A stretch of 64,000 nucleotides of DNA from a virus. Position 1 is the stretch's first letter. Every line of letters begins with the position of its first letter. Positions 48,666-58,227 of the stretch are shown in pieces. The notes beneath the pieces were generated by a model. That model saw only the letters and a list, made by a program, of their open reading frames with translations, had not been told where the DNA came from and searched no databases. The stretch spans positions 6,151-70,150 of the IMG/VR virus record IMGVR_UViG_3300031823_000006; one strand, 5' to 3'. The position numbers and the translations under genes are program-made.

Positions 48666-49922
48666 CAGCGCACCCCCGCCGCGATCTGCTCATCTTCCCA
48701 GCGCCAGCCCCGCTCCCAATCCTTGCGCTGCCACAGCAGCGTGTACGGATTCGCGCTCAGCGGCACCTTCCCGCTGACCTCGTGAGCAGCACGAGCGATG
48801 GCGCCCACTTCCCACGCTTTCGACGGGTGCGACGGACGCACGCTCATTCCGTCACGTCCTCGCTGAAGCGGGAGCTCGCGTCGAGGATGCCAGCCTCGCG
48901 CAGCCGCCGGTCGATCTCCTCCGGGTGTTTGTCCTGCATGTGCGCGATCTCAGCCCACGGGTTGCCCTCCTCGACCTCGAAGCCACACACCGGACACGCG
49001 ACCTTCGCCGGCGAGCTCATTTCACCCTCGCTGCCAGCCACGCCAGCGCGAGCTCGTGGTCCGCGACCTCTTGATCCGTCGCGTGCGCAGCGTGCGGGTT
49101 GGCTCGATCATGCGCGGCGCATTGCTCACAGTCGCGGTGCCAGCCGCCATCACTCAGCAGCTTGCCGCCCACGTGCTCGTCCCATTCTGCGCGGAGCTCC
49201 GTGTGACGCGCTTCGAGCTCGTCCGTTGCCTTGGCGGCCTTCGGCTCGATGAACCCGAACTTCGACCCGCACTCCAAGCAGTAGAACTCGAAGCGACGGA
49301 ACGCCATCGTGGAAATCAGCGGCACGTCGCAGCACGGACACATCGCCATCATCTGCGTGTGGGTCATCGCTCGGGGACCTCCTGTGTCCAACGCTCCTTA
49401 TGCGCGTGCAGGAGCGCCCGCCCGCGCAGCCCGAACTTCTTCCACCCCTTCGGCATCTCACAGCAGCGTTCGCCCACCGGCGCCGTGCAGCGCGGGCACG
49501 CCACGCGCTCGTGACACGTCCGCACCTTATCCACGTTTTCAGCGGCGACGCGCATCAGGCGTTCCTCGGTCGTCTCGGTCATGCCAAGTTGCTCGTGCTC
49601 GAAGCTCGTCATTGTGGCTCCAGGGAGAGCTCCATCAGTCTCTCCTCGCTCCACCTGCACGGCTCGACCTTGAACACCACACCGTTGTCGAGCGTTAGCG
49701 CGAGCTCCGTCCAGTCGCAGTCAACGGCGCGACCACCACCAGGCGCATCCGGCTCGCCGGCGGCAGCGACGATCGTGCGCCCCACCAGCGACTCAGCGAG
49801 CGCGACCAGCGTCGCCTCGCGCTTCTGCTTGACAGTCTCCCGCGCCTTCGCGCTCGCCTGCTCCTGGCGCTCGCGCTCCCACCGGCGCACCTTGTCGATC
49901 TCGGCCTGCGTCGGCTTGGCGG

Positions 49923-50492
49923 TCACAGGCCCTCCCGAATCGTAATGTCCTCGGGCAGCGGTCCCGTCTCCTGCTCGCCGTCGTGGTAGTGGCCGTTTTC
50001 GCACTTGTAGGCGATCTGTCCCGGCTCGACGGTCACGCGCTCCATCCCCTCCCGCTCGCGCGTGATCTGCTGCGCTTTGCCTTCGATCGACGGGGCACCG
50101 CATATAGGGCACCGCGGCATCGACGGCGCTGCCGCCGCGCGCAAACCCGCGGCCACTTCACCGATCGACTTCCCCTCGCGGTTCGCTATCTCCTGGATCA
50201 GCGCGTTCGTGGAGACGAAGAACGGCCCTCCCTCCTCTCCCTGCTCGCGCAGATAGCCGTGATAGGTGTTCAGCAGCGCGAGCGCTTCTCGCAGGCCGGC
50301 CGTAGGCTTCTGCTCGTGCCCGTACATCGCGTGCATCGCCGCGCTGTATGCCTGCGGCGCCGGGTGGTTCTCCTCCAGCCATCCCTCCGCTGTCTGCTGG
50401 AGCTCCAGCGGCAACGCACGGAACGCTGGCTGCTCGCTAATCGTCCGCAGGATCGCCACGATCTCCACATGCTTCACATCATCCAACGCCAT
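49923..50492 (-). CDS. Hypothetical protein with Zn ribbon
   Basis: CPICG...CENGH; motif-bearing leader. Confidence 0.55.
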   Translation of the reverse strand: MALDDVKHVEIVAILRTISEQPAFRALPLELQQTAEGWLEENHPAPQAYSAAMHAMYGHEQKPTAGLREALALLNTYHGYLREQGEEGGPFFVSTNALIQEIANREGKSIGEVAAGLRAAAAPSMPRCPICGAPSIEGKAQQITREREGMERVTVEPGQIAYKCENGHYHDGEQETGPLPEDITIREGL

Positions 50493-50504
50493 CGGACACT
50501 CCTC

Positions 50505-50537
50505 GCTCGGGTGCGAAGGAGGATAACAGCGTTACCC
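50505..50537 (-). promoter_or_regulatory. Palindrome / extended -10 / leader element
   Basis: TTGCAC-N18-TATCCT with GGGTAACGCTGTTATC overlapping; ACCCGAGC-GAGGAG. Confidence 0.8.
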
Positions 50538-50578
50538 CTCGGCGTGCAAGCCGACCCGTCTACGCCGCTGCGCGCAGG

Positions 50579-50959
50579 TCACGCCTGAAGGTCATAGTGA
50601 CATTCGTAGAAGCTCGGCGTAAACTCGCCGTCGCTGGCGATGCTCAACAGCACGATTTCCCCGTTCGTCTCGACGCTGGCGAGCGCCGACACCGACACCG
50701 TATTGCCGTCCCGAACCGTTATGAGCTTGCGCTTCTTCGGCCACACCGCTTCGGGCAGCGTCCCGAGCACCATGTTTTCGCCGGCGTTGGCAAGGTTGAT
50801 GACGCCACGCAAGTAGACCATGCCGAAGCCGTCCTCGGCGTACTCAGCAGGGTCATAGGGATCACCGAAGTTGGAGCTATTCGTCCCGAGCGGCAGCGCG
50901 TTCCACACGAGCGCCGATACTCCGGCTCCCCCTGCGCCCGATCCCGGCGTGTAGCCCAC
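50579..50959 (-). CDS. Fibre-tip-like domain protein
   Basis: GMVYLRGVI...LGTLPEAVWP...VETNGEI resembles tail-fibre C-terminal domains. Confidence 0.55.
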   Translation of the reverse strand: MGYTPGSGAGGAGVSALVWNALPLGTNSSNFGDPYDPAEYAEDGFGMVYLRGVINLANAGENMVLGTLPEAVWPKKRKLITVRDGNTVSVSALASVETNGEIVLLSIASDGEFTPSFYECHYDLQA

Positions 50960-50962
50960 TGC

Positions 50963-51241
50963 TCAACCCACGTAGGTCGCGCTCACCGCGAGCTCTACTT
51001 CGCCACTCGCGCACACCACCCACACCTCTTCAGCCGCGATCGTCGTGCTGTCCCACGAAGCGCCGTGCGCCAACGGGAAGCCTTCGCCCACCACCTTGTC
51101 TTCGGCGTCCACGAGCTCAACGCCGAGCGCTGCGTCCAGGTTCAGGACCGTCACGTCGTAGGTGCCCGAGCGAGCCTGACTACCTTCCGGCGGGAATATC
51201 TTCACCGCTTCGGTGTGCTTCGCCTTCAGCCGGCGAATCAT
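50963..51241 (-). CDS. Small beta-rich protein (virion decoration candidate)
   Basis: GFPLAHGAS..STTI..EEVWVV. Confidence 0.45.
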   Translation of the reverse strand: MIRRLKAKHTEAVKIFPPEGSQARSGTYDVTVLNLDAALGVELVDAEDKVVGEGFPLAHGASWDSTTIAAEEVWVVCASGEVELAVSATYVG

Positions 51242-51248
51242 GGAGCGC

Positions 51249-51578
51249 CTACGCCGTGCCGGTGGCGATGCCGACGTTGCCCGCAGGCACCACGCCGATG
51301 ATGCGGAAATTGACCGTGGCGCCGACGCCAGCCCCGAAGATCGTGCCGCCCTGATAGGGCACCGTCAGGAACGATGGCGTCTTTTCGGACACCTTCGCGG
51401 GGATGATGTAGGAGTCCACCGTTGTCGCGGCCTCTTCTTCGGTGAAAATCTCCAGGCCGTGCCCTTCACTCAGATTTTCGATCCGTACCAGCGTGACCTC
51501 CGGGTTGCCCTGAAAGTCCGCCAGCTTGTGAGCTTTGCCGCTGGCGATGACCGCTGCTGTGCCGGTGACGATCTCCAT
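51249..51578 (-). CDS. Small beta-rich protein (late-promoter driven)
   Basis: MEIVTGTAAV...; ATG 7 nt after the late -10. Confidence 0.5.
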   Translation of the reverse strand: MEIVTGTAAVIASGKAHKLADFQGNPEVTLVRIENLSEGHGLEIFTEEEAATTVDSYIIPAKVSEKTPSFLTVPYQGGTIFGAGVGATVNFRIIGVVPAGNVGIATGTA

Positions 51579-51585
51579 GAACGGC

Positions 51586-51615
51586 AGGATATCGCCGCCC
51601 CAGGAACGTAACCCC
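51586..51615 (-). promoter_or_regulatory. Late-type promoter GGGGTT-N18-TATCCT
   Basis: Shares a 14-mer (GAGGGGTTACGTTC) with the 10243-10256 site. Confidence 0.7.
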
Positions 51616-51893
51616 TCAGAACGGGAGCGCGTCCTGCTCCGGCACGGCGGCCAACCGCGCCTCACCCGAGCGCACAGCCTCCAGTCGTGGTGCGAGCTCA
51701 CGCGCCTTCTCGCGCACGAACACCGCGTCGATCGGGCTCAGCTTGTACTCGGTCAGTGGGCCGCGCATCGCCTCATCCCTCATCACGTGCAGCAGACAGT
51801 CCCGCATGTAGCGCTTCGCGCCAGCCTTCAAGCCGTCCTCCAGGTCAGCGAACGCGCGGGCAATATGCCCATCCGGCGGGATGCGGAGCTCCG

Positions 51894-52235
51894 TCACAGC
51901 GCTTCGATCTCCAGGCGCCACACGCTCGCGCCGAGCGGATATGCGCCGTTGATGCCACGGAAGCCATCCTCGAAGGCGCGCTCGTCCTCGAAGCCCTCCC
52001 TGCGTGCCTCCTCGTCGCCCACGTGCTCCAGCGGTATCCGCTCGACCTTCAGCACGCGAGCATCCCCCACGCGAGCGATCCCACGGCCGGGGTTGACCGC
52101 GAATACCTGGCCGACCTTATACCCGCATTTACCCACCCACCACGGCGATCGGTCGTTCACGTGGTTGCACAATCGCCGCGTGACCGTCTTGCGGCCTTCC
52201 ATCACCTTGATCGCCAAGTCCTCGCGGAAGATCAT
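51894..52235 (-). CDS. ASCH domain protein
   Basis: MIF....KVMEGRKTVTRR...YKVGQ...VERIPLEHVGDEEARREGF. Confidence 0.8.
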   Translation of the reverse strand: MIFREDLAIKVMEGRKTVTRRLCNHVNDRSPWWVGKCGYKVGQVFAVNPGRGIARVGDARVLKVERIPLEHVGDEEARREGFEDERAFEDGFRGINGAYPLGASVWRLEIEAL

Positions 52236-52785
52236 GCAGCAAGCACCGTCTCGGCAAACTCGGCTTCAGAGAGACGCCCACCCTCGACAGTGGCGATCCG
52301 CGGACCACCACCACCACGGCCGCCAGCCTCGACGTATCTGCTCATCTGCGGCGCGCACCCGGCGCAGAGCAGCACCCACGCCTTCCACTCGCGGCCCTCG
52401 TACACGCTGTCGATCTCGAAGCCGCGCCAGCCTTCGCAGCCCAACAGAATCGGTCCCACCACGTCGGGCGCTATCGCACCGCAGGAGTCACACCGCCATC
52501 TCATCGTTTGCGGTGTTTAGAGGCGTTCGGGCAGGTGGCGAAGTGCGAGACGAACAAGCCCACCCACGGCTCGCCGCGGCTCGCGGCTTGCCGCTTCAGC
52601 GTCTCGATCTCCTGCGCCGACTGGTAGACCGCCACGCCGGGCTTGCCCTGCTGGCGCATCGAAAGCACGATGTTCCCGGTCGGCACGCGCTGATAGTCCA
52701 CCGGCATCGGCTTCCCCTTCTCGGTGACGGCCCACTCGATCGGAGCTCCACACGATTTGCAATGCGACAAGACGCCCACGCTACT

Positions 52786-53061
52786 TCACCCCGCCAACTC
52801 GCGCACGGCCGCAGCGTCGCTCGCGTGATCGCCGGTCGGTTCGAGGAGTGCCGGGTCAATGCCCTGCATCGCCAGCGACGTGAGCGCATGGTCACGCGCA
52901 AGCGTCAAGCTCGTCTCGATTTCGCTGTTGTGCTGCTTGAAGCCGCCGCTGGCGACCATCTGCAAGTGCTGATCCGGCGTCAAGTCCTCCATCAGCTTCA
53001 GCCGCCGTTCGACTCTCTCCAGGAGCTCGCCCGCTCGCCGCGCGTGGCCTGCTGCATCCAT
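52786..53061 (-). CDS. Hypothetical protein
   Basis: 91 aa; motif-bearing leader. Confidence 0.55.
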   Translation of the reverse strand: MDAAGHARRAGELLERVERRLKLMEDLTPDQHLQMVASGGFKQHNSEIETSLTLARDHALTSLAMQGIDPALLEPTGDHASDAAAVRELAG

Positions 53062-53077
53062 CGTTCTGCCTCCTAAT

Positions 53078-53109
53078 GCTCGGGTCTGCGGATGGTAACA
53101 GCGTTACCC
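53078..53109 (-). promoter_or_regulatory. Palindrome / extended -10 / leader element
   Basis: GGGTAACGCTGTTACCAT-N6-ACCCGAGC-ATTAGGAGG. Confidence 0.8.
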
Positions 53110-53582
53110 GTCGCCTGCGTCCTTGCGCTTGCCGACGCGCCACTTGTCCGCATGGCCGCGACCCTCCACACCACGACCCTGCGCCTTCGCCTGACGCGCG
53201 AACGCCGCACGCTGGCGACGCCCACGCCTGAAGTCCCGCGCCTCCGGTGCAAGTGACCCTCGATCGAGCGTCGTCACCGCCATGCACTCCTTCACGGGCA
53301 TGGCGATATCGGGACCGAACCACAACCACCCTTCCGGCTCGTGAACCTCCTCCAAGGCCCGATTCCACCAAGGGGGGGGGCAATCTTAAACTCTGCGCAC
53401 GCCGCCGCGATGCGCTCGATATCGGGTCGGAGCTCCTTCAGCGGACGCCGCGCGTCGCAACGGACACGCTGCGCCCACCTGCGGGCAGCATGTACCGAGA
53501 CGAAGATCGCTCGACCATCAACGTGCAGTAGACACACCGCGTTCACAGGCCAACCCTCCGGCCGCTTCCAACGGCCGCTCAC
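53104..53582 (-). pseudogene. Gene split by a frameshift at a C9 tract (or a sequencing error)
   Basis: C7 or C10 at 53372-53380 joins ...AEFKIAPP to WWNRALEEVHEPEGWLWFGPD... Confidence 0.5.
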
Positions 53583-53584
53583 GG

Positions 53585-53968
53585 TCAGTCTTCGAGCGTT
53601 TCCCGCTCGACCTTCGGCTTCTCCGGGCGCACATACCGCTCGCCCCCACTGAAGCCGTTTGTAGGAGGCGCCTTGTAGTCGCCGGGCTTCGCGTCCGGCG
53701 TGCCGGCCTTCCCGGCGTGTGCTTCGATCGCGGCGCGCTTACTGTCGCCGGTGTACTCCCCGACGACCACCCACGCCTCAGTCTCGGTGATCGTGCCCTT
53801 CGATCCCAATGCCTCGCGCACGGCCTTCACGTCCACGCTCGTCACGTCGTCCGGCAGCACAATCACGCGCTCGCGCTTCAGGATCGTGCGCCGCGTCGGC
53901 GCGCGCTCATCCTCTGGCGCCGGCGGCTGCTTGCCCTTCCCCTTGCCTGCTGTCGTCGTCTCGGCCAT
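53585..53968 (-). CDS. Hypothetical protein
   Basis: 127 aa; GAGGAG SD. Confidence 0.55.
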   Translation of the reverse strand: MAETTTAGKGKGKQPPAPEDERAPTRRTILKRERVIVLPDDVTSVDVKAVREALGSKGTITETEAWVVVGEYTGDSKRAAIEAHAGKAGTPDAKPGDYKAPPTNGFSGGERYVRPEKPKVERETLED

Positions 53969-54268
53969 CGTCTTCTCCTCGTGTCGTTTTCACCGGCTCC
54001 TCACGCCCGCACAGTTCACACCGCTCGACGTGGAAGCCCTTCTCCCGCGGCGCGATCCGCACGCCGCAGCCTGCACAATGCCCGGCCGTGTGGCCGGCAA
54101 ATATCCACCGCATCCTCGACCCGCGACCGCGGCGAAGATACAGCGCCCTACCCGGTGCCCGCTTGCGATAGCCGCGGCCAGTGAGCGGGTCGATCCACCG
54201 CTCATCAGCCGACGCCACCGCCACGAGCGCGCCGTCCGCAGGACCATCCACGCACGGCGCGCGCACCG

Positions 54269-55246
54269 CTACGCCTGCGCCAACTCCAGCGACTCCTTCA
54301 AGCTGTCGAGCAGCGGCGTCTCCACCGGCTGCTCGGGCACCTTGAAGCGCTCGATCCTATCCTCCAGTGCCAGCGCCATCACCTGCTCGCGGAGCTCCAG
54401 CGCATCGTCGCGCTGCTCAGCCAGCAGCTTCGAGGAGTCAGCCATCGCGCGCACGAGCTCGGATGCGTGCTCGTACTCCGCCGGCGTCGGCGCGTCCTCG
54501 GGCTCCATGACGATCTTCGCGCGCAGCGGGAGCTCGCGCCAATCCTCGGCCCATGCCAGTTGCAGCAGCAGCAGCGAGTAGGAGTCGCCGCGCGTGAAGG
54601 GCACGAGCACGCCCGTCGCCTGGCGCTTCGTCTTCGTCCACTTCACCACCAGCGCGCGCCGGTTGTCTTTCATCGCCTGGTAAAGCAGCGCGAGCACCTT
54701 CATGGTGTCGGCGCCGTCCACGCCCACGTAGTAGGACCCGATGACGCGCTCGCGCGGTACGCGGCCAATGTCGATCGCGCCCTGAATCTCCATGACCTCC
54801 AACTCCGTGATCTTGTCGATGTGCTCCAGCGCATCGGTGCAGTCCACGAACTTCGCGCCGCCGGCGTCCTCCTCGTAGCCCGCGGCAACCCACACACCAC
54901 GGCGCACTTCGTTCGGCTTCACGACCTGGCCCGAGCCCTCCTCGACCACCACCATCTCGACGGCCACCGAGCCCCTGACGGGCTCCCTCGCGGCCTGCGG
55001 CTCAGCGACGCCGGGATCATCGTGGTCAGGACCGGGATCGAGCGCCAGCGGGTCGGGCTTCGCCGGCGCCCCCTTCTCGGGCTCGATCGCAGCGCGCATT
55101 TTCAACTCGCCACCATGCGGTCCAGCGCTCCCAAACTTGAGCTCCTTCGCCGGGTCGGCTGTCGTCTTGAGCAACCCGACCGGCACTTCGATCGTGCCCC
55201 ACTTCAGCGTCGTCTTCGCGCTGATCTTCTTCGGTGCCTCAGCCAT
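54269..55246 (-). CDS. ku: Ku-like DNA end-binding protein
   Basis: TLKWGTIEVPVGL, SYYV, LLYQAMK...ALVVKW...RQ, LLLQLAWAEDWR. Confidence 0.8.
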   Translation of the reverse strand: MAEAPKKISAKTTLKWGTIEVPVGLLKTTADPAKELKFGSAGPHGGELKMRAAIEPEKGAPAKPDPLALDPGPDHDDPGVAEPQAAREPVRGSVAVEMVVVEEGSGQVVKPNEVRRGVWVAAGYEEDAGGAKFVDCTDALEHIDKITELEVMEIQGAIDIGRVPRERVIGSYYVGVDGADTMKVLALLYQAMKDNRRALVVKWTKTKRQATGVLVPFTRGDSYSLLLLQLAWAEDWRELPLRAKIVMEPEDAPTPAEYEHASELVRAMADSSKLLAEQRDDALELREQVMALALEDRIERFKVPEQPVETPLLDSLKESLELAQA

Positions 55247-55261
55247 CGTGATCGTCCTCCT

Positions 55262-55282
55262 GCTCGGGTAATAGCGTTACCC
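55262..55282 (-). promoter_or_regulatory. Palindrome fused to the leader 8-mer
   Basis: GGGTAACGCTATTACCCGAGC-AGGAGG; TAGCCT just upstream. Confidence 0.75.
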
Positions 55283-55318
55283 ACAGGCTAGACGATCCCA
55301 CGGCGGAACGCTCGTCGG

Positions 55319-56341
55319 CTACCGCAACCGCTTGGCTGCCACGCGCGCCTCGCCAGCCCACACCGCACAGGCGTGATTGAACGCCGCTGACGGGTACGCA
55401 TGACGGTAGGGCGGATGCTGACAGTTGTGCCCGTGCGGGTTGGCCTTCGTATGTGCGCCCAGCAGCCGGTCGAGCTCCGCCAAGTAAGCGCGCTCCTGCG
55501 CGTGCGTACGTGGCTTCGGCTTCGGCTTCGGCCTGACGTGGGAGAGCGCAAGCGCGCCAAGGTCTTCATCTCGATCGACTTCACCGACACCCGACACGAC
55601 GCACGTGCCGCACCACTGGCGCAGCTTCATCGACGCGAAACTGAAGCCCGGCAGCGGAGACGCGAGACTGAAGCTCCACTCCGCCGGCCACGACACACCG
55701 CACGCGCCGCCGCGATAGGTCCCCGGCGAGCCGTACACGCCGACGATCCAGAAGTGATGCACGAGCACCGAGACGATCCCGCACGCTCGCGGGTACGCAC
55801 TTGCGACCTCAGCATCCACGTAGGCGCCGAGCGTGATGCGCCGGCGCTCGCTCGCGGCCACGGCGATCAGCGTGTCCGCCTGCGCGGTGCTGCTGTCGCC
55901 TTCAGCGAAGATGTAAACCCCGACCTGCATCCCGGCTTCGTGAGCTCCCTGGACCTGCGAGGCGAAGAACGGATTCGAGGCGTGCGCGTTATCTGCGGCC
56001 TGCACGATGACGAAGCGGATGCCCTCGCGGTAGAGCTCGCGGAACGCCGGGTGCGGTTGATAGCGCGATATGTCAATGCCCTGCGTGTGTCCGCGCAGCG
56101 CCGGCGCGAGCTCCCCGAACTTCGGATGCTCGGGTTTGACGCCGTGGGCTTCAATTTCCTGGCGGATACATTCGCCCATCTCCGGCGGCTGCTTTGGATG
56201 ACAGACGAACGGCGAGCTCGCCGGCGTCGTCACAGGCGGATGCGCCGCTGGCGCCGAGTGCGTGGTGCTCTTGCCGCACGCGCCGAGCGTAGCCGCGAGC
56301 AGGATCAGCAGAAGGGTGGGAAGTCGAAAGCGCTTTGTCAT
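55319..56341 (-). CDS. GH25 muramidase (endolysin) with lipoprotein signal
   Basis: MTKRFRLPTLLLILLAATLGAC lipobox; GIDISRYQ, FVIVQA, VGVYIF, YVDAE, VDRD. Confidence 0.8.
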   Translation of the reverse strand: MTKRFRLPTLLLILLAATLGACGKSTTHSAPAAHPPVTTPASSPFVCHPKQPPEMGECIRQEIEAHGVKPEHPKFGELAPALRGHTQGIDISRYQPHPAFRELYREGIRFVIVQAADNAHASNPFFASQVQGAHEAGMQVGVYIFAEGDSSTAQADTLIAVAASERRRITLGAYVDAEVASAYPRACGIVSVLVHHFWIVGVYGSPGTYRGGACGVSWPAEWSFSLASPLPGFSFASMKLRQWCGTCVVSGVGEVDRDEDLGALALSHVRPKPKPKPRTHAQERAYLAELDRLLGAHTKANPHGHNCQHPPYRHAYPSAAFNHACAVWAGEARVAAKRLR

Positions 56342-56672
56342 GCAGGGGAAGCTACCCCCGCGTCCAGACAGGTCAGTCAAGTTCGCCAAGGTAGCGAGCG
56401 AAGTGCAACCACTCCACCAGCCCGAAGATCGCCGCACCCACGACGATCACCAGTCCTGCCAGCCACAACCACTTACCCATGCGTCAGAGCCTAGTAGCTC
56501 GACCAGCGGCCATCCTCAAGCGCCGGCAACTCGTCCAGCGCTTCGCGCAACGCGAGCTCGATCGACTCCGCAGGATCACTCAGCCTGAAGCGGATCGAGC
56601 GCTGCGCCACTGTCTTCTCCTCGTCCATATCGTCCAGCCGGAGCACCACCGCAGCTTCGACGTTGCGCGCCA

Positions 56673-57260
56673 TCAGGACTTGCCAGCTTCCCGCGCTGCG
56701 ATCACGTCACGGAAGTCGTCGGGGTTGCCACCGTGATCCGGGTGAGCATCATGGAGCGCCTGCTTTATGTCGCCGCCGGCGCGCTCGATCAGCACCTTCC
56801 CGCGTGCGACATTGCCGCCCGAGCCGATCGTGCCAGCGGGCAGCATCTTCCAACCCGCATACTGCTCGCCGCGGCGCGTCACGCCGTAGCGATCGACCGC
56901 ACGCAGAGCCTCCAGTCCGAGCGCGATGGCGCGCACGTTGTCCTTCCAATCGGTGAAGGTGGCGATCTCATAGCGGAGCTCCGGCTGGCCTGCCACAGCC
57001 ATCGCCGTGAAGCTCAGCACGATCCCCGGTGTCCGAGCGCTGCGATCAGCACGCGGGAGCCCGTCCTGGCGAATGTCCTGCTCGCGCAGATCGACCTCCA
57101 GCACCACGCGCCGCGCATCGTGCGCCGCAAGCTCCTTTGCCAGCAGCGCCACCGTGCGCGGCCACGGCGCCTTGAAAGGTGAGTAGCGAGTCGGCCCGTT
57201 CGTCACTGGCCGTTCAAGCGGCCGGAACGTCACGAGCCGCGCAAGGTCGGCGTAGGACAC
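56673..57260 (-). CDS. Protein with C-terminal J-domain-like HPD motif
   Basis: NVRAIALGLEALRAVDRYGVT...AHPDHGGNPDDFRDV. Confidence 0.75.
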   Translation of the reverse strand: MSYADLARLVTFRPLERPVTNGPTRYSPFKAPWPRTVALLAKELAAHDARRVVLEVDLREQDIRQDGLPRADRSARTPGIVLSFTAMAVAGQPELRYEIATFTDWKDNVRAIALGLEALRAVDRYGVTRRGEQYAGWKMLPAGTIGSGGNVARGKVLIERAGGDIKQALHDAHPDHGGNPDDFRDVIAAREAGKS

Positions 57261-57263
57261 CGA

Positions 57264-57554
57264 TCAGCCCTGCCCGTTGCGTCGAGCCCTACCGGCCTCT
57301 AGCTCATCCTTAAGCGGCCGAAGCTCCTCCCGCACCCACACCTTCCCGCAGTTCAATTCGCCTACCGGCGCCGGCATCCGACCGGCAGCGAGGAGAGCCC
57401 ATATCTTCGACTTGGCGACGCCTAGAAACTCGGCGGCCTCAGCGACGCCGACCAGCCCCGTCTCGCCCGTGGACTCCTCCAGGTTCTCCAGTGTGCGGCG
57501 CACTCGACGCGCAGCCGACACACGCTCCTTCTCGCTGCTCAGCGTTGCGGACAA
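57264..57554 (-). CDS. AlpA/excisionase-like HTH DNA-binding protein
   Basis: LVGVAEAAEFLGVAKSKIWAL...RMPAPV.EL..GKVW; start uncertain. Confidence 0.75.
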   Translation of the reverse strand: MSATLSSEKERVSAARRVRRTLENLEESTGETGLVGVAEAAEFLGVAKSKIWALLAAGRMPAPVGELNCGKVWVREELRPLKDELEAGRARRNGQG

Positions 57555-57570
57555 GGCCGCGAATCCTCCT

Positions 57571-57604
57571 GCTCGGGTACGCCGCGGATGATAACAGCGT
57601 TCAC
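57571..57604 (-). promoter_or_regulatory. Palindrome variant / extended -10 / leader element
   Basis: GTGAACGCTGTTATCAT-N9-ACCCGAGC-AGGAGG. Confidence 0.75.
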
Positions 57605-58227
57605 GGTTGGAGGACCAGTTGCGACGGGTCCTCCACGCGCTCCGGCACCCACCGCACACGCTCACTCTCGGGCAGATCGAGCGCCGTCTGAACGGCCCTG
57701 CGAGACACCACGATCGTCACGCCCTGGCCTTCGTGCTCGGTGCCGTTCGGCACGGCGTAGTGCTTCTCAGGTGGGCCGCACGTGACAAGCGAGTCGTCCT
57801 TGTAGACGATGCCGGTCATGCCGTCAAGCACAGCGCGCAGCAGCTTGTCGGCGTCGGGGATCGTCGTCGGTGCCGCCGGCGCATCGTCTTTCAGCAGGTG
57901 CGAGAACTTGCCCGTGCGCCAGTGGCCCTCCGGGCGCTTCAGGAAGAAGTGCGCCTCGACGCGCAAGCTCGTCTCCTCGATCGGTGGCCGTCCAGGTCCC
58001 CATGCCTCTTCCGCAGCAGCAGCGATGCGCTTGCGCCACTTCTTCAGCGCAGGGTTGTCGCTCGTGACGTTCACGATCACCGAGCCCTTGCGATAGCTCC
58101 CGTCAGCGTTACGGCCACCGCGCGCCATCGGGTAGCCGCGGCCGTCGAGCGGCACGAACGCCGTGGCGGAGCCCTGCGGCTCCGGCTTGCCATCGACCTC
58201 GAAGATCAGCAGCCGCTCGTCGCTCAC
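57601..58227 (-). CDS. rusA: RusA Holliday junction resolvase
   Basis: VDGKPEPQGS, PDADKLLRAVLDGMTGIVYKDDSLV. Confidence 0.9.
   Translation of the reverse strand: MSDERLLIFEVDGKPEPQGSATAFVPLDGRGYPMARGGRNADGSYRKGSVIVNVTSDNPALKKWRKRIAAAAEEAWGPGRPPIEETSLRVEAHFFLKRPEGHWRTGKFSHLLKDDAPAAPTTIPDADKLLRAVLDGMTGIVYKDDSLVTCGPPEKHYAVPNGTEHEGQGVTIVVSRRAVQTALDLPESERVRWVPERVEDPSQLVLQP

Noticed and set aside
56128-56135. ACCCGAGC inside coding regions (also ~2436, ~28038, ~60400)
   Set aside because: No adjacent gene start or -10; a few chance hits are expected in GC-rich DNA, so these were not counted.
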